IMG/VR virus record: IMGVR_UViG_3300037851_000200
Location: 1 to 25,078 of that record
Source: a virus
Taxonomy: Duplodnaviria; Caudoviricetes
Length of the DNA stretch: 25,078 bases
Direction: 5' to 3' (one strand)
Shown: piece by piece, positions 9,758 through 17,607 of the stretch
Numbering within the stretch: position 1 is the stretch's first letter
How the letters are laid out: each line of letters starts with the position of its first letter
Notes under the pieces: model-generated
Database searches by the model: none
Told to the model about the DNA's origin: nothing
Seen by the model: only the letters and a program-made list of their open reading frames with translations
Program-made: the position numbers and the translations under genes

Positions 9758-10254
9758 TTTTCAGCTTTCAGAATAAAATAAAGCGTATCCCCATCGCTCA
9801 TACAACTAACCATAGAAAAATTTCCCTTGTAACACCACCGGTAATCAGTTCTTGAAGTTTTTCCTATATCGTTATAGGCCGATTGACTTAAAAAACTTAT
9901 CGTACCGTTGTTTATAACCCTAGTATGCCCAGGGTCGCCCCAAGTCCAAACATTATGACAATCAGGAACACATACGCACAAAAAACCACCCGGTTTTAGA
10001 ATTCTCCAAAAATCTTCGAACTGCCTGAAGAAAAATTTAAAATCGCCCTGAATACCAACATGCTCAAGTACATTATACGCATGAATCTCGTCGGCTGCAT
10101 TGTCAGAAAATGGGAGTGGAATTTCATTCAAATCCCACTCCACATCACAATTACACCTCGGATCAATATCTACAGTGACAAGGTTATCCCATTCTTTCCG
10201 AACAGGACTCAGCAGCCTTGACCTGCTGTTACCACATCCGAGGAGAATGTCCAC
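9754..10254 (-). CDS. Class I SAM-dependent methyltransferase (Methyltransf_11-like)
   Basis: 166 aa; LLGCG motif I, VTVDID, DLN..LPFSDN..DEI, VLEH, RILKPGG, DPGH; GTG start immediately after the upstream TAA. Confidence 0.9.
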   Translation of the reverse strand: MDILLGCGNSRSRLLSPVRKEWDNLVTVDIDPRCNCDVEWDLNEIPLPFSDNAADEIHAYNVLEHVGIQGDFKFFFRQFEDFWRILKPGGFLCVCVPDCHNVWTWGDPGHTRVINNGTISFLSQSAYNDIGKTSRTDYRWCYKGNFSMVSCMSDGDTLYFILKAEK

Positions 10255-10470
10255 TTACGCCATAAGCCCGAGGTTTACAAGGGCGGTACGAATTTCACCA
10301 ACAGCAACCGACACGCTTGACGCCACCGTCGAAGACGTAGTAGTCAACGCCGCAGGTGCTGTCTGTTGGACAACCGGTGTAGCTCCAAAAAATCCCACTT
10401 TGTCAGTAGCTGACTTACCTGCCAGCAGCCCATCAGGGCGACCATCGGACAACTGTTTGTACTCTGCCAT
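10255..10470 (-). CDS. Small capsid-associated (decoration/head-fibre-like) protein
   Basis: 71 aa directly after coat; KVGFFGATPVVQ and IRTALVNLGL flank a Ser/Thr/Ala-rich stretch; AAGGAAAG RBS. Confidence 0.6.
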   Translation of the reverse strand: MAEYKQLSDGRPDGLLAGKSATDKVGFFGATPVVQQTAPAALTTTSSTVASSVSVAVGEIRTALVNLGLMA

Positions 10471-10506
10471 ACTTTCCTTCTTTCGTTTGTTTTTGATTCG
10501 AAAATT

Positions 10507-10526
10507 GGCGGACTTTCAGGCCCGCC
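10507..10526 (-). terminator. Hairpin after the coat gene (weak terminator or mRNA stabiliser)
   Basis: Minus strand GGCGGGC-CTGAAA-GTCCGCC followed by AATTTT. Confidence 0.55.
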
Positions 10527-10544
10527 TTCATGCATAACAGACGA

Positions 10545-11783
10545 TTAACCGAACAGAACGACTCCGAGATCGGCGTACATCGTGCTTACTCCACAGAAAA
10601 CGTCAAAACGGAATTTCCATTCGTCGTTCTCACCGTCATAGAACTCGATGTAACGCATCGAAATATTGTCCAGCTTGTCGCGCTTCGCTTCGACAACCCC
10701 GTTTTTCGGAAGCGGGAGATCGGCGGTAACAAGAGCAAGTGCGTTCTTGTGCATGATGATGTTATGCGGGTATGAGGTCGAAACGGCAGTCCCGGCAAAG
10801 TTGAGTTCCCCGGTCGAACCATTCGTTCCGTTCGCGACGGGCAACGCAGTAACGTTCTGGCGCGCACCGGTCGAATAAATCGCCGGAGAGAAGTACAGAT
10901 CGCCTTCTGAACCGGAAGCGGTGAAATCCTGCATGACGGTAAACTGCATCAGAGAACCGGTATCGACCTTCATTTCAGGGGTCACCGAATTGACTCCGGT
11001 AATCGTAAACTTCTCACCCTTTTTAATAGTTTCTGTCGCACCTCCGAAACCGTCGATATGCAACATACTGATACCTTCGGTAACGGTTGCTCCGTCGGTA
11101 AGAATAGCACCACCGCTGCGCGTTCCCATCGTGATGCGGTGGATGTTGTTGGTCTGTGCGATGTTCAGTCCGAGCGAACTTTTCAGATACCCGGATTTGA
11201 ACTGTTCACTGATAAGCGAAGCCGGATTGTAAAGCCCGACAAATCCGTGAACAAGGGAAGCGTTCGCGGTCGGAGTGATGAGTGCATACCGCTCGCCGTC
11301 CATAGGCGCGTTCATCAGGTCGAGTTTTGCAAGGGCTTCGAGAATGACCACATCACTCGCAGGGGTAGTTCCACAAGTTCCAACGTGCTGATGAAAACTT
11401 TCGGCGGCGTGCTGAAGAATCATGTTGTCAATCTTTGCCGCGATAATCGACATAGCCGGGTCAAGATACGTTTTCGTGAATTCGGCTACGTTCATAGCTT
11501 TCTGTTCGCTGGTAAACGCCGGGCCAGCCACATGCACCTGGGTGGAACACGTAACGGTTGCGGTTTCCTCAACAGTATCCTGAACCGACAGCTTTTTCCC
11601 GGTTCCAACCGAGTATTTTACCGGCTTCCGAACCTGAAGAGAGGTGCCCGGTTTGAGGCTCGCACTGTCCCCGAAGCGGTTATCGTATCCGCGATAAACG
11701 GCCTGAATCGACTGACATTTCGTCCTCAACAGGTCAAGCGACTCGTTAAGGATTACTGTACTATTGACAACGGTAGGTGCCAT
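10545..11783 (-). CDS. Major capsid protein (P22 coat gp5-like)
   Basis: 412 aa; GTSLQVRKP, YLDPAMS.IA.KID, KKGEKFTI.GV.SV.P, HKNALALVTADL, RFDVFCG; follows scaffold; AAGGAG RBS. Confidence 0.92.
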   Translation of the reverse strand: MAPTVVNSTVILNESLDLLRTKCQSIQAVYRGYDNRFGDSASLKPGTSLQVRKPVKYSVGTGKKLSVQDTVEETATVTCSTQVHVAGPAFTSEQKAMNVAEFTKTYLDPAMSIIAAKIDNMILQHAAESFHQHVGTCGTTPASDVVILEALAKLDLMNAPMDGERYALITPTANASLVHGFVGLYNPASLISEQFKSGYLKSSLGLNIAQTNNIHRITMGTRSGGAILTDGATVTEGISMLHIDGFGGATETIKKGEKFTITGVNSVTPEMKVDTGSLMQFTVMQDFTASGSEGDLYFSPAIYSTGARQNVTALPVANGTNGSTGELNFAGTAVSTSYPHNIIMHKNALALVTADLPLPKNGVVEAKRDKLDNISMRYIEFYDGENDEWKFRFDVFCGVSTMYADLGVVLFG

Positions 11784-11795
11784 AAAAACAACTCC

Positions 11796-12725
11796 TTATT
11801 TTGATTTTTCTCTTTGCTTGTTTTTGTATTCGTGGTACTCCTGCGCATTCATCTTGGCAGGGTCTTTCTTTCCCCCGCTACTTCCGGCAACTTTCGCCGG
11901 TGGTGCCGGTGCATCACTTGCTTTCTTCACATTCGCTTTTTTCGCGTACTGTAATTTGACATCGATTTCAGCCAGCTTGATAGCCTGTCTGACGTTACCC
12001 ATCGATAGAACCTTTTCGGCAACCAACGGGTTTTTCCCAAGAAAACGAAGTAGCCCCGCCGGGTCTTTCGATTCGAGAAGAGTATTGTGAAGGGCTTCGG
12101 TCATCTCAAACGAGTCGGCAATGTTTTTGAAGCACTCGTCATAGTCGGGATACTCTTTTTTACCGACTTCAATCCGTGCCGCATACTCTGACTTTTCTCC
12201 GTCAATTCGCCTTTGCTCTTTTTCTTCAGACTCAGCTTTTCTCGACTCGACCTTTTCGTTGTGCGCTTTCAGGTCAGATTCGTACTTACCCATCGCATAG
12301 TCGAATCTTCTCTGCGCATCGGCCTTAGATTCGGGGTCTTTCGGATCAAACTTGAAATCGGCAGCATCCGGCTTTTTCGGCGGCTGCGGTTCATCAGGTT
12401 TGATCCTGCTTCGCGCCTCTTCAAGTTCTTTACGAAGCTGGTATCGCTCCTTTAAAAGCTGTTCGACTCGCTTGTCTGCTCGATTCTGCTTTTTTTCAGG
12501 TGTGGCCTTTTTTTCGGTAGGCTCTCCGTCTTTTTCTTCACCTTCTTTTTCGTCAGTTTCTACAGACTCTTCGCCGTCGTCTTTTTTCGCTGGCTTCTCT
12601 TCGCCGCCTTTATAATCTTTTTTCCCGTCGGTTCCTTCTTCGGCCGGTTCGGCATCAGTAGGATCTTCTGTCGCGGAAAACGCAGATTCAATCGCGGCGT
12701 CAATGTCCAACAGTTCGGTACTCAT
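11796..12725 (-). CDS. Scaffolding protein (P22 gp8-like)
   Basis: 309 aa; acidic disordered N-terminus, coiled coil, YPDYD, basic C-terminal helix; between portal and coat. Confidence 0.85.
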   Translation of the reverse strand: MSTELLDIDAAIESAFSATEDPTDAEPAEEGTDGKKDYKGGEEKPAKKDDGEESVETDEKEGEEKDGEPTEKKATPEKKQNRADKRVEQLLKERYQLRKELEEARSRIKPDEPQPPKKPDAADFKFDPKDPESKADAQRRFDYAMGKYESDLKAHNEKVESRKAESEEKEQRRIDGEKSEYAARIEVGKKEYPDYDECFKNIADSFEMTEALHNTLLESKDPAGLLRFLGKNPLVAEKVLSMGNVRQAIKLAEIDVKLQYAKKANVKKASDAPAPPAKVAGSSGGKKDPAKMNAQEYHEYKNKQREKSK

Positions 12726-14905
12726 TGTCTTTCCCTCCCGGGATAAGCCATAGCCATCGGTTGTCGATTACCCGGCGGGGCTACTGCCGGAACGGGCATC
12801 GGGTTGCTTCCATATCCGTTATTGATACGCGCAACTTCTACTTGCGCGGCGGATTCGATTTGTTCTTGTCGCACTTCTGACTGTGCCTTTATCTGGGCGA
12901 TGATGACATCAGCTTGGCTTATTTTACTTTTAAGAGCCTGGTTCTCTTTGACAAGACCCTGTGCGGCCTGCTGTGCCTGCTGAAGCTGCTGATTCATCCC
13001 CATTAAAGCCTGCTGCATTTTTTTCATCTGCAATTGTTCCGGTGTCGGGCCACCATTGGCACCATCTTCAAGCTGCTTAGCTCTGTCGGTAAGACCTTGA
13101 GGAAGCGCCGCTCGAAGCAAATTTGAAAGCTCGTCTGCATATTCAAAATCAAGGTTTTTCGCTATTATGTGAGCTGACAACTCCCCAGCCTTCGGAACAG
13201 CATGTGCGAACTGAATTAGATTTTCGGCAGCATCCAACCGGCGAGTGATGCTGTTTGATCCGGTATCAATCTTTATATCGTACTTCCCGGTTGTCATATC
13301 ATAATTGACCATTTTTCCGGTTTTCTGATCAATATGAGGAACATTGATCTTCACAACTTCATCGGCCATGTCGTCGCCAAGAATCCTAATCATGCGGGGG
13401 GTATCGTAGATTTTCGGGCTAAGATCAATGATGATAAGCCCGATCTGGCGAAGCATGGTATTTGCGGCAGCGCTGAAATGGTGCGTCGCAACATCACCCT
13501 GCCGACTGCGGGCAAGAATAGCCTTTCCGGACGTTTCGTTGCTTGTAGCACCAAGCGAAGCATCGTACATCCCTATGCACGATTTTATTTCATCACTTGC
13601 CTGCATCATGTTTTGGTAAAAAGCGGCGTTTACCTGTGGAGGGCCTGAACGTTGCGGAGGTGGAGCAAGCTGCCCGCCAATGTCAACAGGCTTGTATTGC
13701 AAAAACGGAATATGAGACGTATTCGAGTTAGACCACTCTTCCTCATGGTCTTTAAATTGTCCTTCGGCACCAATCCACGGGCTTTTCGGTGCCATCATCA
13801 TCAGTTCGGCGTCTTGAGATTTCAAAAAGTTATAATAAATCTGCGGGTCAAGAGCATTGAACACAAGCGGTTTGAAAAATATTTCACCGTTACGCATCTT
13901 AAATTTGCGCGCAAAACAGCCGACTATCGGAATGTGTTTCCCAGCCCACGGCTTTTCTTCAAGAACGTCATCACCTGCAAAAAGGTACTGCTTGACTTCT
14001 ATCTTTTTGCTTTTTCGGTTGATTGACGTATCAATTTCAGGATAAAGCTCCAAGTATTCAAGCAGCTCGTCTTCAGTTACCGTTATTGGGCCTTTCGGAT
14101 GCTGTTGTACCGGCCCCTGTATCCCGGCAATTGCAGCCTCAACGTCATCAACGGGTATTTCTGGGGCGATTGGTTCTGGAATCTCGATGCGGTATATGGT
14201 TATGTCGGTTTCGGTTTTTTCCCAGTATTCGACAACCATAACATCGTCAGGGTCATCACCAGAAAGATCAACATCCCACCCGCTCGGCCCGTGCTCTCCA
14301 TACTCTTCTTCAAATTCGTCTTTAGGAATGAATTTTATTACAAAAGCGAATTTTCCTTTGGGGTCAAGGTAGACAGAAAGCGGGTCGTCGATAGCATTGA
14401 TTACTATTTCTTGCTCAGTTACCGACATTTCATCACAGTACTCGGTATCAACGCGAACATATCCAAACCCCATTGACACGAGATCAAAAAAGGCGTTCGA
14501 ATAGGCTTCCCCGGCATCCGATTTATCGCTATACTGAATATGCCGGATAAGTCCATTTACCACCTTTGCGGTATCGGCATCGGCATCTTCGAACGGAAGG
14601 GCCTTGATCCTCGAACGCTCTTGCGCATTCTTGTTCACCACACTGTTGACAAAGTTGTCAAGCTTGTTTATGGTGATCATCGGGCGTTTTGACGCTTTGC
14701 GATCAGCTGCGTACTGTTCCTCCCACTGCTCACCGGCCACGAATTCCATACACCGCTTGCCAACTTCGTGCGCTTTTGACATATAGCGCACCATACGGGA
14801 AAGGCGCTTTTTAGCCCGTTCTAAGGGCGTGGTTTTTTCAGAATCGTCGGGCGGATTTCCCGGTGAAGGGTTGTCGAGTTCGGCGGTGTCGGGAAGATCA
14901 GTCAT
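12722..14905 (-). CDS. Portal protein (P22 gp1-like)
   Basis: 727 aa; F..GEQW, RP..TINKL, SVYLDP, DPQ..YN, SGKAILAR..QGD, IYDTPR.IRILG, GKYDI.ID.G, C-terminal Gln-rich helical region. Confidence 0.93.
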   Translation of the reverse strand: MTDLPDTAELDNPSPGNPPDDSEKTTPLERAKKRLSRMVRYMSKAHEVGKRCMEFVAGEQWEEQYAADRKASKRPMITINKLDNFVNSVVNKNAQERSRIKALPFEDADADTAKVVNGLIRHIQYSDKSDAGEAYSNAFFDLVSMGFGYVRVDTEYCDEMSVTEQEIVINAIDDPLSVYLDPKGKFAFVIKFIPKDEFEEEYGEHGPSGWDVDLSGDDPDDVMVVEYWEKTETDITIYRIEIPEPIAPEIPVDDVEAAIAGIQGPVQQHPKGPITVTEDELLEYLELYPEIDTSINRKSKKIEVKQYLFAGDDVLEEKPWAGKHIPIVGCFARKFKMRNGEIFFKPLVFNALDPQIYYNFLKSQDAELMMMAPKSPWIGAEGQFKDHEEEWSNSNTSHIPFLQYKPVDIGGQLAPPPQRSGPPQVNAAFYQNMMQASDEIKSCIGMYDASLGATSNETSGKAILARSRQGDVATHHFSAAANTMLRQIGLIIIDLSPKIYDTPRMIRILGDDMADEVVKINVPHIDQKTGKMVNYDMTTGKYDIKIDTGSNSITRRLDAAENLIQFAHAVPKAGELSAHIIAKNLDFEYADELSNLLRAALPQGLTDRAKQLEDGANGGPTPEQLQMKKMQQALMGMNQQLQQAQQAAQGLVKENQALKSKISQADVIIAQIKAQSEVRQEQIESAAQVEVARINNGYGSNPMPVPAVAPPGNRQPMAMAYPGRERQ

Positions 14906-14925
14906 TGGCTGCTTTCGGTTCGGGT

Positions 14926-14975
14926 AAAAAGAAAAGGGCTAAACAACGTTACGACCCGTCGTATGGCCCTTTTCT
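14926..14975 (-). terminator. Terminator-like hairpin in the portal leader
   Basis: AGAAAAGGGC (14930-14939) pairs with GCCCTTTTCT (14966-14975); inner TACGAC/GTCGTA stem; T-run follows on the minus strand about 20 nt before the portal ATG. Confidence 0.6.
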
Positions 14976-15080
14976 CGTATCCAGCGGGTAATTAGTCCGC
15001 AGGCTACCCGGTTTGTACACGATGGTACTATTCAACCGTTAATATATTATTATATCGTTGATCGAATTACAATAAACGTG

Positions 15081-15109
15081 TTGACTTTGCTAAACAATAA
15101 CATTATATT
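15081..15109 (+). promoter_or_regulatory. Sigma70-type promoter for the plus-strand block, overlapped by an operator-like palindrome
   Basis: TTGACT-17 nt-TATATT; inverted repeat TAAACAATAA-N7-TTGTTGTTTA (15091-15117, 9/10 match). Confidence 0.7.
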
Positions 15110-15138
15110 GTTGTTTAATTGGAATTGTGCAGCGTGCT

Positions 15139-15166
15139 TTGAATATCGAAAAGGATTTGTTATATT
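15139..15166 (+). promoter_or_regulatory. Second possible sigma70-type promoter
   Basis: TTGAAT-16 nt-TATATT with TGn extended -10. Confidence 0.45.
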
Positions 15167-15167
15167 T

Positions 15168-15434
15168 ATGACGATTGATCTTTTAAAGCACACCATCACA
15201 TCTCACAACGCGACGGCTATTATCACGCCCGCGTTTAATTGCGCCTTTCCTTTACGTGATGGTGGGGGAAGGGAAAGTTCGATTAAACGCGGGCTTTTTT
15301 ATTTGTATGCTCAACCCGGCATTAAGGTAAAGCAACGGGTATTTTTCTTTTCCTCAGGGGATTTTCTTTTTCTTCTCTTTTTTCTTGCTACTTCTTTTTT
15401 CTGTTCTGTTTTCTTGGAAGGGGTTAAATTTTGA
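15168..15434 (+). CDS. Possible leader ORF running through the structured RNA
   Basis: 88 aa from ATG 15168; its TGA overlaps the TTG start of the next gene (TTGA); the Phe-rich tail comes from a pyrimidine tract, so it may be spurious. Confidence 0.3.
   Translation: MTIDLLKHTITSHNATAIITPAFNCAFPLRDGGGRESSIKRGLFYLYAQPGIKVKQRVFFFSSGDFLFLLFFLATSFFCSVFLEGVKF
15227..15300 (+). terminator. Long intrinsic terminator/attenuator hairpin
   Basis: GCCCGCGTTTAAT (15227-15239) pairs perfectly with ATTAAACGCGGGC (15282-15294), followed by TTTTTT. Confidence 0.8.
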
Positions 15435-15895
15435 AAACTCTTGGAATAGTTAAATCGTGCAAAGAATGCCCACACAGTAGCGAATACCCTTCCGGGTGGA
15501 TGTGCTATAAATGTCATCAGCGAACTTTTACAAATGCCGAAATAATACAACAGTGGTGCCCGTTACAAGATTCGCCAAACTCTGATGACAACTGTACATA
15601 CAGCACGTCACTAACCGACATAGAAATAATAACTGCCGTAGTTTTAAATAGCGGATACCCCGGAGCTTTCAAGCACTGGAAAAATATCGTCAAGGAGCTT
15701 GAACCAAAAACTTGTAGTTCGTGCAAGTGGTGGGTTAAAAAGCATTGTAAAAATTCCAATAAAATAAGAGACAATGATTTTAGTTACTACAAGGGCATCA
15801 ATTCTGATGAGCTGGTTTATCTGTTTAGCAAAAACGGATCGTTTCAAACCGGCCCTAACTTCGGATGTGTCCACCATGAGACTACTAATGGATAA
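15431..15895 (+). CDS. Cys-rich hypothetical phage protein
   Basis: 154 aa; CKECPH...C...WCPL and CSSCKWW...C...FGCVHH modules; TTG start with GGGG RBS-like sequence. Confidence 0.7.
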   Translation: MKTLGIVKSCKECPHSSEYPSGWMCYKCHQRTFTNAEIIQQWCPLQDSPNSDDNCTYSTSLTDIEIITAVVLNSGYPGAFKHWKNIVKELEPKTCSSCKWWVKKHCKNSNKIRDNDFSYYKGINSDELVYLFSKNGSFQTGPNFGCVHHETTNG

Positions 15896-16064
15896 GTTGG
15901 AATGCTTTTTAAAAATAGTGGTGTTGTCCACCATTATATTTACCACAGCAATTTTTATGTTCGGCAACCAGTTTGCAAAAATATCTATAGAAAAATCACT
16001 CATTACGGCGCTTTTATTAGGCGTGGGCAACGGAGTTATTTTTCTAATCAAAGATCGGGGGTGA
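15888..16064 (+). CDS. Small membrane protein (two hydrophobic segments)
   Basis: 58 aa MDKLECFLKIVVLSTIIFTTAIFMFG...LITALLLGVGNGVIFLI; start re-chosen to overlap the upstream stop. Confidence 0.55.
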   Translation: MDKLECFLKIVVLSTIIFTTAIFMFGNQFAKISIEKSLITALLLGVGNGVIFLIKDRG

Positions 16065-16070
16065 TCAAAA

Positions 16071-16133
16071 ATGACCGAAAAAGAACTTAACGAATACGCA
16101 GCAATACAAAGTAGTTTCACGCGGCCAATGTAA
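16071..16133 (+). CDS. 20-aa mini-ORF
   Basis: MTEKELNEYAAIQSSFTRPM preceded by GGGGGTG RBS; followed by a structured element. Confidence 0.35.
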   Translation: MTEKELNEYAAIQSSFTRPM

Positions 16134-16196
16134 CACAGTCCACATTTCTCCCGGTGTGGACTGTTGGGAATGGGAGAAAAACAAGAAGGGTGAATC

Positions 16197-16442
16197 ATGG
16201 TTGAACCGATAAACCTAAATGTTAAAATATTTGACTACTCCGGAGACCTGCCAAGAAGTATGGTTAAAGTTCAGGATAAAATCAACGAGATCATCGACGT
16301 TGTGAATAATATTGACGGAGAATGCGAACACGGACAACACAACCGCGACATATCAGCAAAAGAATTTGAAGAAAGGCCGCACTATTTCATTGATTTAAAA
16401 TTTAAGTTTTGCCCTTTTTGCGGAAAGAGAATAGAGATATGA
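16197..16442 (+). CDS. Hypothetical phage protein with C-terminal CPFCG zinc knuckle
   Basis: 81 aa; FKFCPFCGKRIE; AAGGGTG RBS. Confidence 0.75.
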   Translation: MVEPINLNVKIFDYSGDLPRSMVKVQDKINEIIDVVNNIDGECEHGQHNRDISAKEFEERPHYFIDLKFKFCPFCGKRIEI

Positions 16443-16786
16443 ACGAATCACTTCAATCAAAACTCGAAGCCGAACTCTTCAAGCTCAAAAGTGAGAACGC
16501 CATTATCATCGGAAAGAAGATTGTGCCGGATGTTGCGAAAAGGCTGGCCGATCTATTCGGTGTCGACCGTCCGATGATAGCAGAAGTTACCGACGACATG
16601 GTAAAGGAATACATCAAACACAATTCAGCACCGCAGACCGCGTTGATTCCAGTAAACCCGTATTCAGACAAAATCTTCTTTTCTATCCTCGAAAAGATCA
16701 AGGAACGCCTCGGAGCAACACCGGCATGGAGAATACCGGAAGATGAGTATTTAGCGATTGTGGAAGAGTGCAGAAAGGTGCAATAA
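16439..16786 (+). CDS. Hypothetical phage protein
   Basis: ATGA overlap with the upstream gene; 115 aa, helical. Confidence 0.7.
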   Translation: MNESLQSKLEAELFKLKSENAIIIGKKIVPDVAKRLADLFGVDRPMIAEVTDDMVKEYIKHNSAPQTALIPVNPYSDKIFFSILEKIKERLGATPAWRIPEDEYLAIVEECRKVQ

Positions 16787-17220
16787 TGGCCATAGGCAAC
16801 ATAATAACAACTACGCTTCCAAATAGCATAATATACCGTGGCGTCGTTGGAGATCTGATACCGCCATTTAAAAAAAACACCAGCAACTTAAACGTCAAGC
16901 CACGATGGTGCCTTGTTGCAAACCTAAAAATTAGGCGTAAAGACGATCTAGTCGGAACGAAGCTGTATTTTCTTCCACAAATTTGGGACGATGGATACAA
17001 AAAGGCAAGGGTGGTTTATACAAATAAACACGGTAAAATCATTTTTAAAATTATGAGAACAAGCAACGCATACAACTGGAGGGTAAAGCTAATTTATAAA
17101 CCTTCTATATTAAAGTTTATTTACAAAAATTGCGGATCGCCAAACAACGACTTTGAAAAAATTGCCGCATCTGAACTTGCCTGTATTTTAAACGAAAGAG
17201 ATCGTAATGGAACAGCTTAA
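16786..17220 (+). CDS. Hypothetical basic phage protein
   Basis: TAATG overlap with the upstream gene; 144 aa, Lys-rich. Confidence 0.65.
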   Translation: MAIGNIITTTLPNSIIYRGVVGDLIPPFKKNTSNLNVKPRWCLVANLKIRRKDDLVGTKLYFLPQIWDDGYKKARVVYTNKHGKIIFKIMRTSNAYNWRVKLIYKPSILKFIYKNCGSPNNDFEKIAASELACILNERDRNGTA

Positions 17221-17377
17221 ATTACGCATCCGCAAATCAGGACTTCGAATAGTAGATATGGCAAAGCGCGTAAACCTACCCTACAGCACTATTGCCGGAT
17301 ACCTTAACGATGTTGTGCCAATGCCGAAACATATCCTTGAACGAATAGAGGCAGAACTGAAGAAGGTGGAAGAATGA
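17207..17377 (+). CDS. Cro/XRE-type helix-turn-helix protein
   Basis: Below the ORF-track cutoff; MEQLKLRIRKSGLRIVDMAKRVNLPYSTIAGYLNDVVPMPKHILERIEAELKKVEE shows the HTH pattern (G(L)...A..V.L..ST...YLN); ATGA overlap with the next gene. Confidence 0.75.
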   Translation: MEQLKLRIRKSGLRIVDMAKRVNLPYSTIAGYLNDVVPMPKHILERIEAELKKVEE

Positions 17378-17607
17378 TCAACCTTCAAAAATTACCATAC
17401 TGCCCGTGCGGAAATCGTCCAATACTAAAGCGTAAGCCGTTCGGTATTGACCTTGTGCCTGAATACGTAATTGAATGTTCGTGCGGTGAGCGCGGCATCA
17501 ACGGCAAGACAAAGGGTAATGCGGTGTACGGATGGATCAGACGTAAACAGCTAAGAGAAGCAATCAGTTTCATATTGCAGAAACCGGAGTTTAATTGTGC
17601 ACCCTAA
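17374..17607 (+). CDS. Lar-like (restriction alleviation family) zinc-binding protein
   Basis: 77 aa; LPYCPCGNRP...YVIECSCG...AVYGW follows the Lar-family layout. Confidence 0.55.
   Translation: MINLQKLPYCPCGNRPILKRKPFGIDLVPEYVIECSCGERGINGKTKGNAVYGWIRRKQLREAISFILQKPEFNCAP

Noticed and set aside
9065-10254. GT/MTase pair as a gtrABC serotype-conversion locus or DNA restriction-modification methylase
   Set aside because: No transmembrane segments or flippase gene; the MTase lacks DPPY/NPPY or PCQ catalytic motifs
486-14786. Many plus-strand ORFs in the ORF track over the structural module (e.g. 5277-5891, 11058-11804)
   Set aside because: Antisense shadows of well-supported minus-strand genes, with no recognisable motifs
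14906-15030. Portal leader as a c-di-GMP or other known riboswitch, or a tRNA
   Set aside because: No recognisable aptamer consensus or cloverleaf/T-loop motif; kept only as an unnamed structured leader
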